A program made the position numbers and the translations under genes. From Raillietiella orientalis (Eukaryota), in NCBI GenBank assembly GCA_036172245.1, contig JAYWIR010000059.1:682001-742840 (forward strand): 60,840 nucleotides of DNA, in the 5' to 3' direction. How positions within the stretch are numbered: the first letter of the stretch is position 1; each line of letters begins with the position of its first letter. A model generated the notes under the pieces. It was not told where the DNA came from. It made no database searches and saw only the letters and a program-made list of their open reading frames with translations. Shown here piece after piece: positions 54,566-60,840 of this stretch.

Positions 54566-55020
54566 AGGAAAAGATTACGATTCTTTCCTCCTGCGCAGTC
54601 GTCCTCTCGCGGATGGAGCGAGAAGCTGCTGCTGCGGCTAAAAGGACGAAAGTCCCAGCCGCAGTTGCAGGGAGCGCTAGGAAAAAGGCAGCGAACGATT
54701 TCCCTAATTCCGGGAAATAGCAGCAGCGCCTGGCAAGCCCTCGACTGTCGGATTGTGATCCAGAGTCCGACAAAAAGAGCACACAGCGCGACAACCGCCC
54801 GAAACTGCGCAATCGCCTCCCGAAGACCCGCAAGCGCGTGGTTGCCGAGGAGGAATTCTTGCTGGGGAGCAAAGAGGAGGAAAAGGACCTCACCTTCGAG
54901 CTACCGGCAACAAGCAGTGCGGCTTCGAATGGAGATGTCCAGTCTCAGAGATCGACCGCTCTGTCTCGTGACCACTCGCCGGACAAGGCGAGAAATCTGT
55001 GCTCACCTTCCCAGCCTTAA
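54566..55020 (+). pseudogene. Probable C-terminal tail of LINE ORF1 (one in-frame TAG at 54718)
   Basis: K/R/S/E-rich frame (ORFs 54448-54720 and 54838-55020 are in frame) ending in a TAA that overlaps the ATG of the APE frame. Confidence 0.55.
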
Positions 55021-56057
55021 TGCAGGAAGTCGCCTCTTTTCGTCGATTTAGCGTAGCCTGTTGAAACGTCAATGGGCTGCGCAGGGACGTCAAGAGGCGC
55101 GACGTGTCAGACACCCTGCGACATTTGGATTTGGCGATCCTTCAGGAGATGCATTACATCTCCGATGCGGAGGTTGCGGAAATCGAACAGCGAGCGGGTG
55201 GCACCCTATACTGGCGAGAAGGTTCTGCACAATCGTGCGGAGTCGGTTTTCTCGTCAATAGTAGGATAGCGGGAGCGGTGCGCAGCGTTCGATTCGACCA
55301 GGAAGGGCGAATGGGCCAACTTGTACTCAAGTGGTCAGATTCAATCGACCTCGTCGTAACGAACGTCTACGCGCCGAGCGGCTTTCATCGACGTGTCGAA
55401 AGAATCGAGTTCTTCGACGTGCTGGAGAGCCAATGGCTCAGAAACTCCGGAGCAAGAGTGGCGCATCTCGTCGCAGGAGACTTCAAAGTCCACCTGCATT
55501 CCAACGAGACGCGGTCTCTGGCGGAACGGTCGCGGGTGGAAGAGGCATGCGCGTCGGTGCACGCGCGTAACTTGGAAGCCGGCGAGCCTGGACTGGAAAG
55601 GTGCGTGGATCACCTCTATCTCGATGAACACCTACTCTCGCGAGTGGGAAGGAAAGGCAGGGTGCCGTCCACGTTATCGGACCATGATAGGCTGGAGTTC
55701 GAGCTACTCCCGCCGGGCAAGGGACCTCCAAACAATGTTTGGAGGATGCTGGCGGATTGGCTGAGTCACCCGGAAGCGGCGGAGCATCTTCGTCAGTTCC
55801 TTCGCTTTGCCATCCGGGAACTCGCAGACTGAGACCATCTTAAAAGATCGGTTCGCGAGTTTTGAGACCGGTTCCCCCTGCACCTGCTACCACGCGGCTT
55901 CGGGGAAGGCGTGGCCAATAGCATAGCATTTCTGCAGGCGCGCACCTTCTCGAGACGTGCGGAAGTGCGGCAACTCGCAGAGTACAAGGCGAGGGCCCAG
56001 CGCCAGGTCTGGCAGTCTGGAGCGGCTATTCTGCTCGACGACCAAGGCCGGGAATGT
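55020..56057 (+). pseudogene. LINE ORF2 N-terminus: apurinic/apyrimidinic-like endonuclease (APE), disrupted and truncated
   Basis: M(55020)QEVASFRRFSVAC*NVNGL...ILQEMH...GVGFLV...TNVYAP...VAGDF...VDHLYL...LSDH. In-frame TGA at 55062, 55830 and ~55863. Confidence 0.93.
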
Positions 56058-56173
56058 CGAATTTTTCCAGTTCAGCGCGGATGGCGTTCTCATCCATCCG
56101 CACTGTTGTCCCTGTTAAGTGGACCACAATGGAGTGGTCCACCTGTTAGGTGGACCACTCCATTGTGGTCCAC
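56058..56173. repeat. Inverted duplicate of an ORF1 segment plus a perfect 26-bp-arm palindrome
   Basis: 56058-56141 is the reverse complement of 56710-56793 (82/84). 56119-56144 and 56148-56173 are perfect inverted repeats around a GTT loop. Confidence 0.95.
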
Positions 56174-56294
56174 CTGTCATCCACTTCGCCTTAGAAGGCG
56201 GCGAATGGCGGACGCAATTGTTGTGCGCTCCATGCATGGGAAGTTTTTCTTTACCGGTGTTTCGTGTGTGTTTCCCGACCGTTGACAAGCAGAA

Positions 56295-57908
56295 ATGCCT
56301 TTGAACGCCGCAGTTTCAGGTGAGGGAGGCGGGAAGACCGAGTCTCCCAAGCCAAAGGAGGTGGGATCACGCTTCACCACTACTTCTGAACCCGCCACTA
56401 CGGCGAGGGCCTGGAGCGCGGTAGCAGCGAAGAAAACGCCCGATGTCGCTACCGAAATACAATCCTACATACAGCAGGGCTAGAATCCGGCCCACCTGTA
56501 CAAGGTAGGAAATTTATATTCAACGTTAAGGGCGCGAAAGTTCAGCAATGCCATCAAAAAGATGGGCATTGCCGACCATGAAATTCTTTGCCTGTCAATA
56601 CGGAGAGGAGGGCAGTTGGCGGAGCTCATCTGCAAGGATGCAGCTCTTACCCACAAGATGCTCTGCACGCCCGTACAATTTGAGGGCAGGAATTTACTCC
56701 CACACACATTGGACCACTCCATTGTGGTCCACCTAACAGGGACAACTGTGCGGATGGATGAGAACGCCATCCGCGCTGAACTGGAAAAATTCGCAAGCGT
56801 TTTCGCGATGTGGAGAAAGCCCAACACCTTCGGAGTCAATGGTGCATTTAGTGGGCGAGTAGGCGTGCGCGTGACTCTTCGAGAAAGCGTACAGCTTCCC
56901 CACAAGCTCCAAATTGGCGACCAGTTCGTCGACATTTGGTTTGTGGGGAAACCTAAATTTTGTGGAAACTGTAAGTCGTTCGGGCATTTGAAAAAGCGGT
57001 GCCCGGACGCAGTTTGCCCAACGTGCGGCGCGAAGGGCCACACCAAACTGGTGTGCCCGATGAACGTCGCTCCAACGCCGGAACTTCCGCAAAAGAAGGA
57101 AGGGAAGGCAAAACTAGTAATAAACCCCACAAAAGGGGATCAGCCGTCGGCTCCGACAAAAGTCGCGCAGCAGGAAAGGGACTCGGTACAGGAGCTCCCG
57201 GAAAAGACTGCCGACGAGGAAAGCTGGCAGCTGGTCACCCGTAAAATAAAAATCCTCAAAAAAACCGCGCCCACACCGGCGAAAGTGGTGAAGGGCAAGG
57301 GGAAGGTCGCGCCACGCCCAACAATCAAAGCGTGCAGCGTGGCCATCAAACGCGTGCCGGCGATCGATACTCGCTCCGCTGACAGATCGATGCGATGTGA
57401 CGTCACGCCAGCTGTTCAAACCGCCGCCGCGCGAACGCCGACGCCGTGACAAAGTCGCGAGCCCAGCGTGAGCAGCGACGACCGGGACTTTAACAAGGCG
57501 GCGGAAGAGTTGGCAACCATGCTCCAGCAACCTCCCAATGCCCAGAAGAAGGCCTTGAGGCGTCTGGCTGAGGCGAAACGACCGGAGACTTCCGAGTCCG
57601 AAGCCGAAGCCGGCAACGCTCCGGCTGTCGCTCTCCCGAAGCGCAAAGCGGGCCGCAAGGTAGGCAACCCGCGGCGCTCCGCACCTCCACCGGCGGAGAA
57701 GGAAATGCGGTCGCACCACGACGACGGGGAGGCGAAGTCCGCGAGGTCTCGCGACTCCTCGCCGGAGACGTCCCTGGCCAAGCAGGATCCTCCAACCACC
57801 AGCACAACCACCAACGGACCGCCTCCTTGCGAGGAACAGCCCGTCGCAATGGATACACAACTCCCGCCTGCTGAACAGCAGGCGGAGGACGATAAGCAAA
57901 CACCATAA
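56295..57908 (+). pseudogene. LINE ORF1 gag-like protein (537 codons, two in-frame stops)
   Basis: ORFs 56295-56483, 56562-57449 and 57468-57908 are one frame. Two CCHC knuckles CGNCKSFGHLKKRC and CPTCGAKGHTKLVC, then a low-complexity tail. Confidence 0.88.
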
Positions 57909-58804
57909 ACCCACCAACGCGTGGACTCTCCTCCTGCCAGCGACTGCGCGTAATCTGTTGGAACGTCAACGGGTTGCGCGACGACGGCAAGAGGAGAGAA
58001 GTGGCCGCCAGCCTGCAGGACGTCGACCTGGCGGTTCTGCAGGAGACGCACGTGCTCCACGCAGGGGAGGCCCAGGAATTAGAACGGATCGCAGGCCGGC
58101 GGCTCGTATACCAAAACGGGAGAGACCGCACCCGCGGTGTGGCTTTAATGCTGAAGCCAGCCGTCGTTAATGCGCTGCGCGACGTGCACTTCCACGGGGA
58201 AGGTCAAATCGGGCAGCTTGTTGCCAAGTGGTCCGACGCGATCGACCTCGTCGTGACCAACGTGTACGCGCCCGGCACGAGCCACAGGCGCGGGGAACGC
58301 ACTGCGTTCTTCGAAGGCCTGAGGCGAGATTGGCTGGCCGAAAAAGACATCCGAAGGGCGCACCTCATTGCCGGGGACTTTAACGTCCGCCTGCTGGCAG
58401 GTGCGCCCGACATTCGCGCACAGCTGGTCAACGAGATGTGAGCTGCTATGCACGCGCGCAACCTGTTGGCCGGTGACGCCTGGACGGAGACGAGGATCGA
58501 CCACATGTTCCTCGACAACCACATGTGTTCGCGGCTGGGAAATCGAGGGGCAGTGCCATCCGAACTTTCCGACCATCCCCGGCTCGTGGTAGAAATACAC
58601 CGGCGCGGTAGAGGTCCACCTCCACAGCGTGGCGTTTGCCAGGGGACTGGTTGCGCCTCGCAGGAGCAGCGCAACATCTTCGCTCGTTCCTGCAAAGCTT
58701 CCACCTGCAGTCGCTCGCGGACTGGGACGACTTCAAGAGCTCAGGCCGCGAGTTCTGCGACCAGTTACCCCTGAACCGTCTCCCTCCAGGTTTCGGCGAT
58801 GCCA
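57905..58804 (+). pseudogene. LINE ORF2 APE endonuclease domain (stop at 58439, frameshift near 58625)
   Basis: LRVICWNVNGL...VLQETH...GVALML...TNVYAP...IAGDFN...RIDHMF...LSDH. Confidence 0.93.
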
Positions 58805-60840
58805 CCCGGATACACCGGGACGTTTATTAAAAACATTCCAACGGTCACTACAGAACGTGGTACAAGGCCCCACTGACGGCTACGCAATACCGGAACTGCC
58901 GGGACACCGAGACGCAGCACGGTGTGGCTCTCCTCGGAAGTGGAGGGGGATGGAAGAGAAAACAAAAATAAAATAAAAGAGAAAAACAAACCACAAAAAA
59001 AAAGTTTGGAGGGCTGGGAAGGGATCACAGAAAACTGCTGGGAGTGCCCATCCTTTGCAGGATTCCTTCTAGTTCCATTTTCAGTTTTCCTAGGTTGGGC
59101 CATCGGGTAGCTCTCTGCAGGAAGCGAGAAGCATACTCGATGACGTCCCTCACGATGCAGTCTTCATCTTCGGCATCACTCCAGGCGGCCACGATACCAC
59201 GAATGCAGCAAAGTGCTGCCAGGGCTGCGGCTGGACTGAGGGCGTCCCGCACGAAGACAAGACTGAAGACACATCCAACATTGCCACCATCCGGTATCTG
59301 GAGGGTCGTTTTTAGACGATCCCAAAGAATCTTGACGGCAGGGCATTCAACTAAGAGGTGGAAGAGCGACTCCCGCTCCCCACACCTGGCACACGCAGGA
59401 TTTACTCTCCCCCGCGTCAAGTGGAAGCGGAGCGCGTTGCAGGGTAGACCCCAATGCAGCCACAGAAGCGCCGATTCTTGCCACTTCAGGGGAAGAATCC
59501 TGGATCCAAGTAGAACCGGGGGCCAATTCAGGTCATCCAATCGAATGCCGAGCTGCTCGCCCCATCTTCTTAATCCACGCGGCTGGAGACTAGGGGTCGT
59601 TGCATCTGTCAACTCTCCCATGGTCCAGCCGCTCATCATCTACCCACTGCCTGCGATACGGCAGCAGACTTGCCACCTTGGCTTCCGGCTTTCGTGAAGC
59701 GCCCTTTGGATGAAGGGCATCGCCGTAACAAGGGGTGTGCCTTCCGACCACGTGCAACTCGGTGCAAATTCAAGAATTTCACGGAGAATTCGGCGGGCGT
59801 ATAAGCCGACTCGCAGGCAGTTCATCCGGTCTTCGCACCTCTGGTTCTGCTTGGCCCAGGTGCCAGCAGTCTCTTCCAGCCAAGCGGAGGAGTTGGCAGG
59901 GCCACAAACCATCCAGTCATTCCCCTTTGCCAGAGTTGCCATGCGGCCGAGCAGTAGACAGCATCTTCGAATCTTCCGGCCAGGGCACAGAAGAAACGAT
60001 GCGAGTCCTTCGCACCGGGACACACGGCTGGCCAGGAGGCGGGCCGGAGTGCACTATGGGGTGCTTTAGATTTTCGCTGCGATGGCCAGGATACGCCATC
60101 GCAGCTGTTTCTCCACGCGCTCAAGCGTCAGGAGGCCAAGACCGCCGTCCCGACGCGGAGCGCACAAGTCCTTCAAAGGGACTCGGGGCCTCCCCTTGCC
60201 CCAAAGGGCGATGCGGAGGAGGTCCTTCGTCCTCTTTTTGACAACTCCTGGGGCGGGGCAAACAAAAAGCAAGGGGCGGAGGATGGGGCCCGCGAAGGCG
60301 TTCCAAACCGCGGCCCGTACCGGTAAGTGAAACTTGCCTTCCAGGAACGGACCGATCGCCATCTCGACTTTTTGGAGGCCGCTGGACCACGCTTCCGCAG
60401 GGGAGAAGTCCCCCAACGGCACACCGAGGTACTTGATGCACCTCACCGTGGGGATCCCAAGACGGACCCAGTCCGGCTGCCCTGCCCACGTCGCTCCAAC
60501 TGGCAACACTGACGACTTCGCCCTGTTAACCTGTATTCCGGCCCCACGGCTAAGCAGGTCGAACAAATCTCCGACCGCCTTCGCCGGGGTGGACATAGGT
60601 AAGAGGAGCAGAAGATCGTCGGCATACGGTGCTACGGCTGGCGTGCCTGGGCACGAGCTCGGCAAGGGGGCCAAAGTCACCCTGTACGCTCTCAGCACCA
60701 ACTCAGCGTAGGTGCTAAAAAGCAGGGGGCTGAGGCTGTCGCCCTGCCTTATGCCCCGCCGCACCGGCACGCCATACACCTTTTGTCCACTGAAAGTAAT
60801 CGAGATTATCGCGTTCCGCCAGCAAGAGCGCAGGTAGGTA
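58805..60840 (-). mobile_element. L1/Tx1-type LINE segment 3: RT, C-terminal zinc finger and 3' UTR; continues beyond the window
   Basis: RRGIRQGDSLSPLLF, APYADDLLLLL, KYLGVPL, LCAPRRDGGLGL and CARCGERESLFHLLVEC. Stops at 60066, 60054 and 59640. AATAAA on the minus strand at 58828-58823. Confidence 0.95.

Larger units (their letters stand above)
56178..58804 (+). mobile_element. L1/Tx1-type LINE segment 2: 5' UTR, ORF1 and APE, cut off before RT
   Basis: Short GC-rich leader, then ORF1 with zinc knuckles, then APE. Homology to the APE at 55.0-55.9 kb ends at GFGDA (58803). Confidence 0.9.

Noticed and set aside
57114..58131. Long antisense ORFs (267, 214 and 213 aa) over LINE ORF1/APE
   Set aside because: Expected shadows of GC-rich coding sequence on the opposite strand.
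55062..58441. UGA reassigned to Trp/Cys, since in-frame TGA aligns with W or C in the sister copy at 55062, 55830, ~55863 and 58439
   Set aside because: TAG and TAA also replace Trp and frameshifts are present, so ordinary pseudogenisation explains the pattern.

Overview
This looks like repeat-rich eukaryotic DNA of (peri)centromeric or heterochromatic character; I found no intact cellular gene, operon, rRNA gene or CRISPR array. 1-23.6 kb is a patchwork of decayed elements. It includes a LINE 3' fragment, a 2447-bp piggyBac-like element bounded by 45-bp terminal inverted repeats, a hairpin-dense segment with a tRNA/SINE-like head, two degraded minus-strand pseudo-ORF tracts of uncertain origin, and local duplications. 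About 23.6-52.6 kb is a tandem satellite of roughly 104 copies of a ~278-bp monomer. The array has two polarity switches, layered subfamilies, higher-order repeats (1380 bp, 2498 bp, ~2223 bp), traces of an ancestral ~139-bp dimer, and a 22-bp LINE-matching filler at a subfamily junction. 52.6-60.8 kb is a cluster of three disrupted L1/Tx1-type non-LTR retrotransposon segments (CCHC ORF1, APE, RT, C-terminal zinc finger). They show a twin-priming-like inversion, stop-start ORF1/ORF2 overlaps, a fold-back palindrome and conserved hairpin 3' ends without poly(A). All alignments were done by eye and no database search was run, so family assignments need confirmation.
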